Virus record (IMG/VR): IMGVR_UViG_3300004805_000007
Coordinates: 1 to 59,908 of that record
From: a virus
Taxonomy: Duplodnaviria; Caudoviricetes
Length of the DNA stretch: 59,908 bases
Strand: one strand, 5' to 3'
The position numbers were made by a program, and so were the translations under genes. This document shows, piece after piece, positions 9,814 through 18,060 of the stretch; positions within the stretch are counted from its first letter, which is position 1, and the number at the start of each line of letters is the position of its first letter. Below the pieces are notes generated by a model that searched no databases, was not told the DNA's origin, and saw only the letters and a program-made list of their open reading frames with translations.

Positions 9814-9916
9814 TGTTGGTGGCTGGCTTCGAACCCAGCGCGTAACCCTGCATGGGCCTGTTCTTCCCACCGATGCCTCGGCCCACCTTAAGGTGAATTA
9901 GCTGAACTACACCAAC
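9814..9916 (-). ncRNA. tRNA-like RNA with an expanded D-loop (not a canonical tRNA)
   Basis: Minus strand: acceptor GTTGGTG/CACCAAC, TA, D-stem GTTC/GAAC around a 40-nt loop, GGCCC/GGGTT arm, T-arm GCTGG-GTTCGAAG-CCAGC. Confidence 0.55.
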
Positions 9917-10030
9917 ACGGCTGGGGACTGGTTTGTCAGACGATGTGTCTGCTGGTCACCGGCAGCTTTCCCGATAAGACCAATCCCCATGCGTGATGGC
10001 CACCCCTTACGGGGGTGAGTCGGCGGTATT

Positions 10031-10219
10031 CTACTTCGCTGTTGGATCAGGCTGCTGCATGTATTTTGCCTGTTGTGCTTGGATGTCGCGGAATTTATTG
10101 ATCACCGCTTCAGCCGTTACCAGCGCTTTATCGTGGGCCCCGTCAAGGCCGTTGGTCTGGCGGTAGGCCTTAGCCAAGTCATCCAGCACTGCGATTACGT
10201 TATCAAAGGTCAATATCAT
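10031..10219 (-). CDS. Hypothetical protein
   Basis: Last ORF of the leftward array; GGAG upstream. Confidence 0.55.
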   Translation of the reverse strand: MILTFDNVIAVLDDLAKAYRQTNGLDGAHDKALVTAEAVINKFRDIQAQQAKYMQQPDPTAK

Positions 10220-10220
10220 T

Positions 10221-10466
10221 TTATGGTTTCTCCGTGGGTTTAGGGCAATTCTCGGGGGGTACTACTACGCACCATATAGCGGTCCATTGACCTTTATGTT
10301 CCCTAAAGGAAACCCATCGGTCTATGTATGTATCGGGCATTACTGATAAAGAACGATTGATCGCGGTCCGGTCTTTTTCAGTGCGTTCAGCTATCTCAGC
10401 TGCGGTCAACCCATCAGGATACTTTTGTAGAGCCATCCTTATGGCGTGGTGGTTGGACTTATACAT
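10221..10466 (-). CDS. Small HTH DNA-binding protein
   Basis: GLTAAEIAERTEKDRTAINRSL helix-turn-helix pattern; start moved to MYKSNH after GAGG. Confidence 0.6.
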   Translation of the reverse strand: MYKSNHHAIRMALQKYPDGLTAAEIAERTEKDRTAINRSLSVMPDTYIDRWVSFREHKGQWTAIWCVVVPPENCPKPTEKP

Positions 10467-10656
10467 TGTCACCTCTAGCACTAAAAACATCAATTATCTC
10501 AGTTGAGATACGCTGTAGCGTGACTGCATCGCCAACATCATGCTTTTCGTTTATACGTAGCAAGCGCTGTATTTCTCTGAGCGCTAACCACGCTTCATCG
10601 GCGTGAATTGCATCAAGCACTTCAGCTTTTTCTTCAAGTTGGATTGTTACTTTCAT
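10459..10656 (-). CDS. Hypothetical protein
   Basis: ATGA overlap with the upstream gene; SD AAGGAG. Confidence 0.6.
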   Translation of the reverse strand: MKVTIQLEEKAEVLDAIHADEAWLALREIQRLLRINEKHDVGDAVTLQRISTEIIDVFSARGDNV

Positions 10657-10898
10657 GTGTTTTTCTCCTTAATAAGGGCTTGCAGTGTTTTGCCAAAATT
10701 AATTTGTCCCCACGGCATAGGCGCACCACGGTGAATCTTTACAATATCGTAGTAGACCTGTTCAATCTGACTGTCTGTCAGGTCAACCCACGGGCGCTTT
10801 TCTTCCAAAGGTTTTAACTGCCCAAGCGGCGTGAACATGGGGTCGTTCTTGTCCGTGCTAACGTGGTGGTTAGTGGGGTCGTACCATGCGATAGTCAT
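10653..10898 (-). CDS. Hypothetical protein, RPWVxLTD...KEKN family
   Basis: KRPWVDLTDSQI...IKEKNT; coupled start MTIAWY. Confidence 0.65.
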   Translation of the reverse strand: MTIAWYDPTNHHVSTDKNDPMFTPLGQLKPLEEKRPWVDLTDSQIEQVYYDIVKIHRGAPMPWGQINFGKTLQALIKEKNT

Positions 10899-11167
10899 TT
10901 CTTTTCCTTTGCTTCGTATCCCGCTACATAGCCTTCGTAGTGCGCTATCCATGTGCCGTTGTGTACCTTATCGTCCAGCGGCGTTTGCTTTTGTTGCTTG
11001 ATCGCTTCCTTGTGCATTGCTATACGCTTGTTTGCATAAGCCGAAGCGTCAAGGTGTAGTTGGACTCTCTTTATGCTGTTGACCTCATCGTCCTGTGTTC
11101 GTTTCATAGACTCCCCCAACGCTTTAACGTAACGAGCGCCAAGCTGATCGTATTTGTCTTCATCCAT
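10895..11167 (-). CDS. Hypothetical protein
   Basis: Coupled ORF with SD. Confidence 0.55.
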   Translation of the reverse strand: MDEDKYDQLGARYVKALGESMKRTQDDEVNSIKRVQLHLDASAYANKRIAMHKEAIKQQKQTPLDDKVHNGTWIAHYEGYVAGYEAKEKK

Positions 11168-11387
11168 TGTTCTTCTCCTTTAGTTTGGCTTCAACTGAGG
11201 CAATAAGTGACTTTAAATCGCCACCATCCCAATCAATCTCATCCCCATCCGTCAGCCCTACCCACGGGCGCGTCTGCGCGTCTATTATTTTGTTTGTCAT
11301 ATCCAAAGCATTCCTCAAGCGGAGCAATTCAAGCTCAATGTCTTTTAGTTTGGCAATGGCATCAAATGTTTTTTCTTGTGAGTTCAT
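11160..11387 (-). CDS. Hypothetical protein, RPWVxLTD...KEKN family
   Basis: TRPWVGLTDGDEI...EAKLKEKNNG. Confidence 0.65.
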   Translation of the reverse strand: MNSQEKTFDAIAKLKDIELELLRLRNALDMTNKIIDAQTRPWVGLTDGDEIDWDGGDLKSLIASVEAKLKEKNNG

Positions 11388-11626
11388 GTGTTCTTCTCCT
11401 TTAGTTTGGATTCAATTTGGTCAAACAGTTTGCGGGTGTAGCCTTTGATAGGCGTGTCGCCCCACGGCCCAACGATTTCTTTTATTTCCTCATCCGTCAG
11501 GCTTACCCACGGGCGCTTATAGACTTGGATGTCATCATCGTCATCTACTTTGCGCTTAGTGTGATGCACAAGGTACATCCCTTCCTCGTCCAGCGCCGCT
11601 GCCTTTTTGCTTTGATAGCCTGTCAT
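11384..11626 (-). CDS. Hypothetical protein, RPWVxLTD...KEKN family
   Basis: KRPWVSLTDEEI...ESKLKEKNT; coupled start MTGYQS. Confidence 0.65.
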   Translation of the reverse strand: MTGYQSKKAAALDEEGMYLVHHTKRKVDDDDDIQVYKRPWVSLTDEEIKEIVGPWGDTPIKGYTRKLFDQIESKLKEKNT

Positions 11627-11895
11627 GTTGTTCCCCTTGCGCGAATGGCGGCGGCGCATTGAATTCCTGATTCTGCACCTACTTCTGATTTGGTACTTTC
11701 AAGCCACCATGTAGTATCCTTGCTCCATACATGGCTCTCACACGCCTTTGCACACGCCTCACGCTCATCGGCACGGGCTTTTGCTTCTACCAAGTTAGCA
11801 AACTGCACCCAAGCGTTATCAAGAACCCAGTTGTCCATGCCGCCTTCATGCAGTCCGTTGTCAGCCAGTAGCTGCATTACTTGTTCGTTGTTCAT
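11623..11895 (-). CDS. Hypothetical protein, EREACAK family
   Basis: DEREACAKACE...CAAAIRARG. Confidence 0.65.
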   Translation of the reverse strand: MNNEQVMQLLADNGLHEGGMDNWVLDNAWVQFANLVEAKARADEREACAKACESHVWSKDTTWWLESTKSEVGAESGIQCAAAIRARGTT

Positions 11896-12209
11896 GTGTT
11901 ACTCCTTGCCTTGTATAGTGGGATAGCGCCATCGTCACCTTTGTTTGCTTCAAACCAAAGACGCAAACCAGTGTCATAGCTAAACCAACCTACGCAGTCT
12001 TGCTCAGCCATTGCATTCACCGCCCTGTCAACACTAGACTGCATCTGCTTTTGCATACCGTCAACAAACCCGCGCTCGTAATCTGGGCCTTGCTTCAATA
12101 CCAAGCCGCCAACAACGTCAATCAGCCTTTTGATTTCAGCCACCAGCGCGGCTGTCGTTTCCATGTCCACCGGAACCATTGCTCCGGGGAATAGCCACTC
12201 TTCTTTCAT
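11892..12209 (-). CDS. Hypothetical protein
   Basis: ATGA-coupled on both sides. Confidence 0.6.
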   Translation of the reverse strand: MKEEWLFPGAMVPVDMETTAALVAEIKRLIDVVGGLVLKQGPDYERGFVDGMQKQMQSSVDRAVNAMAEQDCVGWFSYDTGLRLWFEANKGDDGAIPLYKARSNT

Positions 12210-12496
12210 GCTTGTCCCCTGTTACGGATGGCAACGCCGATTGAATACACATCGTCACGACCGTTGGGCCAGTCATCACACACCTTTGCACACGCCTCAC
12301 GCTCTGCCTCAACAGCGTCATTGATGCGCTTAATCCAAAGCTCTGCACGGGCAAACCCAATCTCACGCTCAATTGAACGTGCAAAGTCCACCACGTTCTG
12401 ATGCTCAAGGCAGATGTGCACAGCATCTACAACTTCGCCATTTTCATAATTGATGGTTTGGTTGCACTTCCAAATTTGTTCTTCAGTTAGTTTCAT
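12206..12496 (-). CDS. Hypothetical protein, EREACAK family
   Basis: AEREACAKVCD...AIRNRG. Confidence 0.65.
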   Translation of the reverse strand: MKLTEEQIWKCNQTINYENGEVVDAVHICLEHQNVVDFARSIEREIGFARAELWIKRINDAVEAEREACAKVCDDWPNGRDDVYSIGVAIRNRGQA

Positions 12497-12732
12497 CTGT
12501 CTTCTCCATCAAAGTTATCAATGTGTGTCTGCAAGTCAACGATGCGGGCTGTTTGGTCGGCAATGATTTTCTCTGTCGCCCTTATCCACTCGTTGGCTGC
12601 TTTTAACTCTGCTGCCATGCGCTGGATAGCATCTTCAGCCAACACTGTTTTCGCATTCCAGTGAGAAGCCCTCCAACTTTTGACCTCCGCTAATGCTTCT
12701 TCAAAGTTATCCGGTAGTCGTGAAAAGGCCAT
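12493..12732 (-). CDS. Hypothetical coiled-coil protein
   Basis: SD AAGGAG; ATGA overlap downstream. Confidence 0.6.
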   Translation of the reverse strand: MAFSRLPDNFEEALAEVKSWRASHWNAKTVLAEDAIQRMAAELKAANEWIRATEKIIADQTARIVDLQTHIDNFDGEDR

Positions 12733-12735
12733 GCT

Positions 12736-13038
12736 TTACTCCTTTATGTCGTGGGCGGCTTCAATGGCTCTAGCAAACGCTAAATCAAACTCACCCGTGG
12801 GCGGTGACTTGTTCCACTTCATGCGCTCACGGTCAAGAATCTGTGCAATCTCATGGTCTCTTAGAGGCTTGCGCTGTGTGTCATGCGATGTCTGGTCAAG
12901 CATCACAGCACGGGCTAACGCTTCACACGTTGAGCAGGGCTGCGCCAAAGCCAGCATCTCTTGCACTTGAGTAGTAGAGGGCCACCAGTCTGCGTGATGT
13001 CCGCAAAAGTCTCTGATTGCTTTTTCAGTTTGTGTCAT
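12736..13038 (-). CDS. Hypothetical protein
   Basis: Start moved to MTQTEK; ends RKPL.D.EI...FARAIEAAH, related to the neighbouring modules. Confidence 0.6.
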   Translation of the reverse strand: MTQTEKAIRDFCGHHADWWPSTTQVQEMLALAQPCSTCEALARAVMLDQTSHDTQRKPLRDHEIAQILDRERMKWNKSPPTGEFDLAFARAIEAAHDIKE

Positions 13039-13186
13039 CTTGTTTTTCTTTCTGTGGGAATGTTGACGATAAATAACGCACAGCAGTGTCGCCATCTTTA
13101 AGTAGCACCGTTATCGTTGCGGCCTGCAAGTCACTACCGTATATCAGCATCAGTGCTTCCATGATTCTTTGTGTTTCGTTGTTCAT
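13025..13186 (-). CDS. Hypothetical protein
   Basis: Coupled start MNNETQ. Confidence 0.5.
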   Translation of the reverse strand: MNNETQRIMEALMLIYGSDLQAATITVLLKDGDTAVRYLSSTFPQKEKQDDTN

Positions 13187-13407
13187 CACTTCCCCCAAAA
13201 CGCAAAAGCAATCATTGCCACACCAGTCGCCACGCACACCAAAGCAATCAAGCCCTTGACGCTGGCAGCAAGATCATCTATTAAGTCAGGCTCAAGCCCA
13301 TTGTTTCGATTCATAAACGCATCGTTGGCTTCTTGAGCGCGTTGCTTGCGTATAGGGCAATCACGCCCTTGTGTACATTCGCCGTTTGCGTTGCAACAGT
13401 TAGTCAT
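13186..13407 (-). CDS. Small membrane protein with N-terminal Cys motif
   Basis: CC....C.QGRDCP motif and a C-terminal hydrophobic helix. Confidence 0.65.
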   Translation of the reverse strand: MTNCCNANGECTQGRDCPIRKQRAQEANDAFMNRNNGLEPDLIDDLAASVKGLIALVCVATGVAMIAFAFWGK

Positions 13408-13634
13408 TTGGCACGCTCCTTGAGCATGGCCTCTGCCATCTTGTATGCTTCCCTTGCAAGTTCATCGTCGGGCGGTGCGTATTTGCCTGATGTCGCCGCA
13501 TAAGAAAGCAAGCCCCGCAACGCTACCCCCGCAAATTCATCACGCAAAGTTTTGTCCCTTGCAAATCCGCCGGTCTTTACGTGCCAGTCGGTGTATTGTT
13601 TCGCAATCGTTGCATCAATCGTTTCATCTTTCAT
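13404..13634 (-). CDS. Hypothetical phage protein (TLRDxFA family)
   Basis: TLRDEFAG.AL.GLL...AY.MA.AML.ER pattern. Confidence 0.7.
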   Translation of the reverse strand: MKDETIDATIAKQYTDWHVKTGGFARDKTLRDEFAGVALRGLLSYAATSGKYAPPDDELAREAYKMAEAMLKERAK

Positions 13635-13834
13635 TTATATTCCTCCATGCGGGCGTTAAGCCGCTCAATGCGTTTAAGGTTGTAGTCAACTACGCTTTGC
13701 GCATACTCGACTGCCGTTTCAGCTTGGAGCTTGGCCAAGTGACTTTCAGCAAGCTCCTCCGCTATCATCTCCAAAGGGGAAGGCTTGCGAAATGGCTCTT
13801 TAAATAATTCCCGTAACCCGATCTTTCGCATCAT
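13631..13834 (-). CDS. Hypothetical protein
   Basis: SD AGAAAGGA; coupled. Confidence 0.65.
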   Translation of the reverse strand: MMRKIGLRELFKEPFRKPSPLEMIAEELAESHLAKLQAETAVEYAQSVVDYNLKRIERLNARMEEYK

Positions 13835-14004
13835 ATTTTGTATCCTTTCTCAATTCCAAGTTTACGTTTTATCCAATATTTAAACGCCTTAAACCAATTG
13901 GAAGAAACATCATCAAGGCGCTGCTGCAAACGTACGTTTTCTATCAAAGCTTCGGTGTGCAACGATGATATTAAGTAGTACGCCTTTGATTCTGCTGGGG
14001 TCAT
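13831..14004 (-). CDS. Hypothetical 57-aa protein (absent from the ORF track)
   Basis: MTPAESKAYY...KGYKI; ATGA overlaps at both ends fill the gap exactly. Confidence 0.55.
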   Translation of the reverse strand: MTPAESKAYYLISSLHTEALIENVRLQQRLDDVSSNWFKAFKYWIKRKLGIEKGYKI

Positions 14005-14354
14005 GACGTGCCCCCTACCGCCATGTCAGGCAACTCCAACTGGTTAGGATTTACAACTGTTGTTTGCCCATTCATTAACTGCTTATCGCGCTTCTTGGCC
14101 TTGATAGCCTCCTTGTTGGCGTGGTAATACTTGCGGGCATACTCACGCTGGCGCTCCAACTTGGCCGCTTTTTCAAAGTCTTCACGCGAATCGTTGGCCT
14201 TCTTGTCAAGAATCAAGGCCTGCAACATCCCTGCATGGACGGCCACTGTGTTTCTAGCCTGTCTCAAAGTGCCTTCAAGAATAGAGAGTCGAGTCTCAAG
14301 GACCTCGACTCGCGCCAATAGGTTGGCATCCTGTTTAAAATTAAAAAAACTCAT
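14001..14354 (-). CDS. Hypothetical protein
   Basis: Start moved to MSFFNF after GGAG; basic REYARKYY helix. Confidence 0.6.
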   Translation of the reverse strand: MSFFNFKQDANLLARVEVLETRLSILEGTLRQARNTVAVHAGMLQALILDKKANDSREDFEKAAKLERQREYARKYYHANKEAIKAKKRDKQLMNGQTTVVNPNQLELPDMAVGGTS

Positions 14355-14435
14355 TTCACTATTCTCCAAGAATCTTTCACGGCATTCGCAAAGGACCATC
14401 CCTTGCGCCTGAACATGAAATACAAACGAACAAAA

Positions 14436-14744
14436 TTACGCATGGTCTAAATCTCCTCCATACTGCTCAGCGCAGCTTTCGCACACGTAGCAGGAATACA
14501 GGTCCACGCCCCACGAATCGCGGATCGTGGACTGCTTATGGTTCATGTAGTGGCATTCGGGACACTCAGTGGCCTCGTAGACCTCCAACTGCTCATCCGT
14601 AGCCTTGACTTCGGGGTACGTACTCTTAAATTCGTCCTTGGCATCAGCCTCGTTGTCAGCAAGAACCAAAACCGAATACGAACCCTCAGGAATTTCCAGC
14701 AATACTATGTACCAAGTCGGGGAAGGGAAGCGGGTATCAGTCAT
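14436..14744 (-). CDS. Hypothetical zinc-ribbon protein
   Basis: CPEC...CESC. Confidence 0.6.
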   Translation of the reverse strand: MTDTRFPSPTWYIVLLEIPEGSYSVLVLADNEADAKDEFKSTYPEVKATDEQLEVYEATECPECHYMNHKQSTIRDSWGVDLYSCYVCESCAEQYGGDLDHA

Positions 14745-15063
14745 CCTGGCCCCCTGCTACGACTTCTTGGATCGTGACCTCGTAGTCGCCGTTACCACTA
14801 TGTTCCTCGTAGAACTTGTCCCACGCCTCTTGCTCGTCCTGCGCAAAGATCTGCACTTCACCATGCTCCTTGGACCAAAACAGGTATTCCTTGTCCCTGT
14901 CTTCTTCGGTTTCAAAGCGGGTATGCAGCGCCTCGTACCTACGCTGCTCTTCCCGTTGGCGCTCCTCCCGCTCTAACTGCTCAGGGGGTATGGCCCGAAA
15001 GGCCGCAACCTTCTGAGCTACTTCCTCGTTGATAAGGTCTCCCATGTTGCTTACTTTATTCAT
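14737..15063 (-). CDS. Hypothetical acidic protein
   Basis: Start moved to MNKVSN after AAGGAG. Confidence 0.6.
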   Translation of the reverse strand: MNKVSNMGDLINEEVAQKVAAFRAIPPEQLEREERQREEQRRYEALHTRFETEEDRDKEYLFWSKEHGEVQIFAQDEQEAWDKFYEEHSGNGDYEVTIQEVVAGGQDD

Positions 15064-15313
15064 CAAAATCTCCTTCGGGCTCGTCGCCCATAGTGTCAAA
15101 AGCGATCTCAGCACACTGCTCAATGTCTCGGATCGTGGAGTAGGACAGGATGTCCATAATCTCAACCTTGTTTGCCTTTACGCTGCTCAATGTCAACACG
15201 CCGGGGTCGGCAGGCTCGTCAAAGGTCGCTGGCGTAGCAGGCTCGTAATACAACTCGCAATCCAAAGAGCGAATCGGGCCGGTCAAAGCGTATAAGTAGT
15301 TCAAATATGGCAT
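15056..15313 (-). CDS. Hypothetical protein
   Basis: Start MPYLNY directly after the upstream stop. Confidence 0.55.
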   Translation of the reverse strand: MPYLNYLYALTGPIRSLDCELYYEPATPATFDEPADPGVLTLSSVKANKVEIMDILSYSTIRDIEQCAEIAFDTMGDEPEGDFDE

Positions 15314-15314
15314 G

Positions 15315-15533
15315 TCAGTCCACCACGTTGTAGTAGTTTTCAAGCTGTATGAAGATGTCAAAAAAGTCCTCTTCAGACAACAAAGTGATCACTTCTAACG
15401 CCTCGCGGCCCACGACGACTTTTACCGAAGTTATACGCGCAGAACCACTGTCATCGTTACCATAATGCACCTCTATGGGTAACTTTAGCGTTAAGTCAGC
15501 TATGCTAGTGTGTTTAGGTATCATTGATGTCAT
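15315..15533 (-). CDS. Hypothetical protein, first gene of the leftward operon
   Basis: SD AGAAAGGATAG (15538-15548, minus strand) and a TAGAAT -10-like box at 15593-15598. Confidence 0.6.
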   Translation of the reverse strand: MTSMIPKHTSIADLTLKLPIEVHYGNDDSGSARITSVKVVVGREALEVITLLSEEDFFDIFIQLENYYNVVD

Positions 15534-15649
15534 TTCTCTATCCTTTCTAAGTTTATGACGATTAAAGGGTTTTGGGCCGTTGCCCGAGGCTTATTCTACC
15601 TTAGTTTGCCTTACAAACACCCTTAGTTTTGGGTGTCAATTGTAGAAAT

Positions 15650-15950
15650 TGATACTAGGGTTTACCCTTAGAGATTTGGCTTATATGCCCAAATACATAT
15701 AAAGAATGGGCTTTTATATGTATTTGGAGGGGTCCCTATAGAGTTTTTCCAAAGAAAAAAGATTTTGTTTTTATTTTCGTGGAATTAGGCGTAATGACGT
15801 AATTGGTGTAATAAGTGATATAAATCAATAGGTTATCTCATTACAGTGAGATCAGGGGTAGTGTGATGGTGTAATTTACTGGGGGGTCCCTACGTTTAAA
15901 AAAAAAAATTTCCATTTTTATTTTCTGATGAAAAAACTCTATAGGGAGGC
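15650..15950. other. AT-rich non-coding region with inverted and direct repeats and an IHF-consensus site (candidate origin or packaging site)
   Basis: 15-bp IR 15689-15703/15713-15727; 16-bp IR 15733-15748/15932-15947; GTAAT repeats; AATCAATAGGTTA at 15823-15835. Confidence 0.5.
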
Positions 15951-16026
15951 CTCTGGAAGTGCCCCTTGCTTTCCTGCCTTACATGAGTTAAACTATCGTT
16001 ATCCTTGTTTCGATAGGCTTAATGAA

Positions 16027-16254
16027 ATGCTACTCCCAGACCTACAAATTGACCCCGATATCCCCGTTCCTAGGGGAAGGACGCTGTACCCTTTCCGTGA
16101 GATGGAAGTAGGCGATAGCATCTTCTTTGCTGAGCTGGCTAAGGGCACGTCCGCTAGGGTGGCTTCTAGCCATTTCTGCAAGACGCATGAGCCCACTTGG
16201 CACTTCACCCTTCGCAAAGTGGATAAAGGCTTTCGCCTGTGGAGGACAGCATGA
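16027..16254 (+). CDS. Small hypothetical protein (YPF..MEVGDSF-like pattern)
   Basis: IPVP...YPFREMEVGDSIF...FRLWR; ATGA-coupled to terS. Confidence 0.65.
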   Translation: MLLPDLQIDPDIPVPRGRTLYPFREMEVGDSIFFAELAKGTSARVASSHFCKTHEPTWHFTLRKVDKGFRLWRTA

Positions 16255-16919
16255 CACGTAAGGACGTTTGGAACGTACCTCCGGTTGTGCCGGACAAGGC
16301 CAAGCAGCGCATGGCTGGGGTAGTTGTGCCCCTGCGTCAGCAGCGCAAAGTGCTCAATGAAAAAGAATGGAAGTTTGTGCAGGAGTACGTTTCCGGTGAC
16401 GGGCGGGTGACCCTGAAGGAAGCTGCCATCCGTGCAGGCTACAAGGAGGGCTCTGCAAGCGTCATGGCGTGGAAGCTGACCAACCCCAAGGAGTACCCCC
16501 ACGTAGTGGCTGCAATACAGGCCTACAGGGCTGAATTGGCCTCCAAGTACAACACCAGCTATGAGCGGCACATGATGGACCTGCAAATCATCCGCGACAA
16601 GGCGTTGGCCGCTGGGGCCTTCTCGGCTGCCGTGGCTGCGGAATACCGGCGCGGACAGGCGCTAGGGACCATTTATGTCGAGCGCAAGGAAATCAGGCAC
16701 GGCACCATCGACAGCATGAGCAAGGAGGAAGTACAGCACCAGCTAGACGAACTCAAGCGCTTGTATGGCGGACCCCCTCCCACTGCCTTGATTGACGCTG
16801 ATACCGGTCAAGTCATGGACAGCATGGCCAAGCAGGCAGATCCGGCCTTCGACGCAGGCGTACCGGAGCCGCCTCTCGACATTTTTGAGATGGACCATGG
16901 CGACGACACCGGAAAGTAA
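16251..16919 (+). CDS. terS: Terminase small subunit
   Basis: L..KE.KFV.EY...EAAIRAGY...A..L..P.V...I HTH pattern typical of TerS. Confidence 0.75.
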   Translation: MTRKDVWNVPPVVPDKAKQRMAGVVVPLRQQRKVLNEKEWKFVQEYVSGDGRVTLKEAAIRAGYKEGSASVMAWKLTNPKEYPHVVAAIQAYRAELASKYNTSYERHMMDLQIIRDKALAAGAFSAAVAAEYRRGQALGTIYVERKEIRHGTIDSMSKEEVQHQLDELKRLYGGPPPTALIDADTGQVMDSMAKQADPAFDAGVPEPPLDIFEMDHGDDTGK

Positions 16920-17322
16920 ATTCGCGCAGCGCGTGCGGGCTTCCCTTGGCTGCTGTGACATTGAGCGCATAGAGAATCGCGTAAATCTTGGTGTGCCTGA
17001 CATGCTGGTCGGCGTTGATTCTCGGTTTGTCATGGTCGAGCTAAAGGTCGTTACCAGTGGCCTGAAGGTCGCGCTGCGGTCCCATCAAGTGGCATTTGCT
17101 ACTCGGCACACGGCTGCGGGCAGGCCTTCTTTTGTGCTGGTCAAACGGGACGGCGGCGCGGCCAGTAGTCAATCGGCTGTCCCGCCTGATTCCATTGCCT
17201 TGTACAAGGGCGCGGCTGCAATTGAGCTATACCAGCAAGGGCTGCGCCTTGCGCCCTTGGCGTGGTGGCCTTCGCGTACCATGAACTGGTCAGAATTGCG
17301 AAAGCTATTGGCAACCGAATAG
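16897..17322 (+). CDS. VRR-NUC/Holliday-junction-resolvase-like PD-(D/E)xK nuclease
   Basis: PESKF, RIEN...GVPD...VELKV and HQ motifs. Confidence 0.75.
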   Translation: MATTPESKFAQRVRASLGCCDIERIENRVNLGVPDMLVGVDSRFVMVELKVVTSGLKVALRSHQVAFATRHTAAGRPSFVLVKRDGGAASSQSAVPPDSIALYKGAAAIELYQQGLRLAPLAWWPSRTMNWSELRKLLATE

Positions 17323-17323
17323 C

Positions 17324-17420
17324 AATAGAAAAATGCAATCGGCGGGACGCTAAAACCCGATTACAATGGTGCACCGGCATAGATTAGCTGGTACTGTTAA
17401 ACCCAAGAAAGGATAGAGAG
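17324..17420 (+). promoter_or_regulatory. Expression cassette 1 (17-bp box, -10, hairpin, SD)
   Basis: AATAG-N7-CAATC, N21, TACAAT, ACCGGC/GCTGGT stem, AGAAAGGATAG. Confidence 0.7.
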
Positions 17421-17654
17421 ATGAAAACCGCAAAAGAGATAGAAGCTTTTGTTGAGGCGTACGGCCAATGCATGGGCTATGAAAGCAAAGCAAATGTCGA
17501 GACCATTGCTCTCATGTTGTCGATGGACTACGACGAGGAAAAAATATCGGAGCGTTTTTGCGAAAGCCGCACGGTAATTGACGCATACATTTTGTGGAAC
17601 CATGCTATGGGCTTTGGCGCTATGTATTGGAAGGAAGGGGCAAAAAATGTTTAA
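17421..17654 (+). CDS. Hypothetical protein
   Basis: Strong SD; follows cassette 1. Confidence 0.65.
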   Translation: MKTAKEIEAFVEAYGQCMGYESKANVETIALMLSMDYDEEKISERFCESRTVIDAYILWNHAMGFGAMYWKEGAKNV

Positions 17655-18015
17655 TGTTTATAACCATAATCACACCCTGCTCGGATCATTCGACACCAAG
17701 CACGCTGCCGACAGCGAAGCCGCTTTTTATATTGAGCAGACGGGTAATGCCGCCTTTGTTCACGAAGGGCCTAACCCCGTAAGCATTCACCGCCAGCACC
17801 CCAAGCCGCGCCAGCGCGTGAAATTCGTTGTTTGCTACCCTAGCACCCGCACTGCTGTCGCTGCTTTCGATACTCTCAAAGCCGCCCGTCATCATGCGGA
17901 AAATATGGTGATATATGGTTTTCCGTGGGATTTTCCGGCACGCACTGCGATACCTATTATCTCCCGTGAAACCATAGAAAAATACAATCAAAGGACAGCG
18001 ACAGCTATTGCATAA
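17647..18015 (+). CDS. Hypothetical protein
   Basis: Coupled start MFNVYN; the 3' end runs into cassette 2. Confidence 0.55.
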   Translation: MFNVYNHNHTLLGSFDTKHAADSEAAFYIEQTGNAAFVHEGPNPVSIHRQHPKPRQRVKFVVCYPSTRTAVAAFDTLKAARHHAENMVIYGFPWDFPARTAIPIISRETIEKYNQRTATAIA

Positions 18016-18060
18016 TCAACCCATGCCGGAATAGTCCGGCACAACAGAAAGGATAGCATC
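17973..18060 (+). promoter_or_regulatory. Expression cassette 2
   Basis: CATAG-N7-CAATC, N21, CATAAT, TGCCGGA-ATAG-TCCGGCA, AGAAAGGATAG. Confidence 0.7.

Noticed and set aside
9814-9916. Canonical tRNA (e.g. Ala-TGC)
   Set aside because: 5-nt anticodon loop, 40-nt D-loop, 8-nt T-loop and no CCA; kept only as tRNA-like
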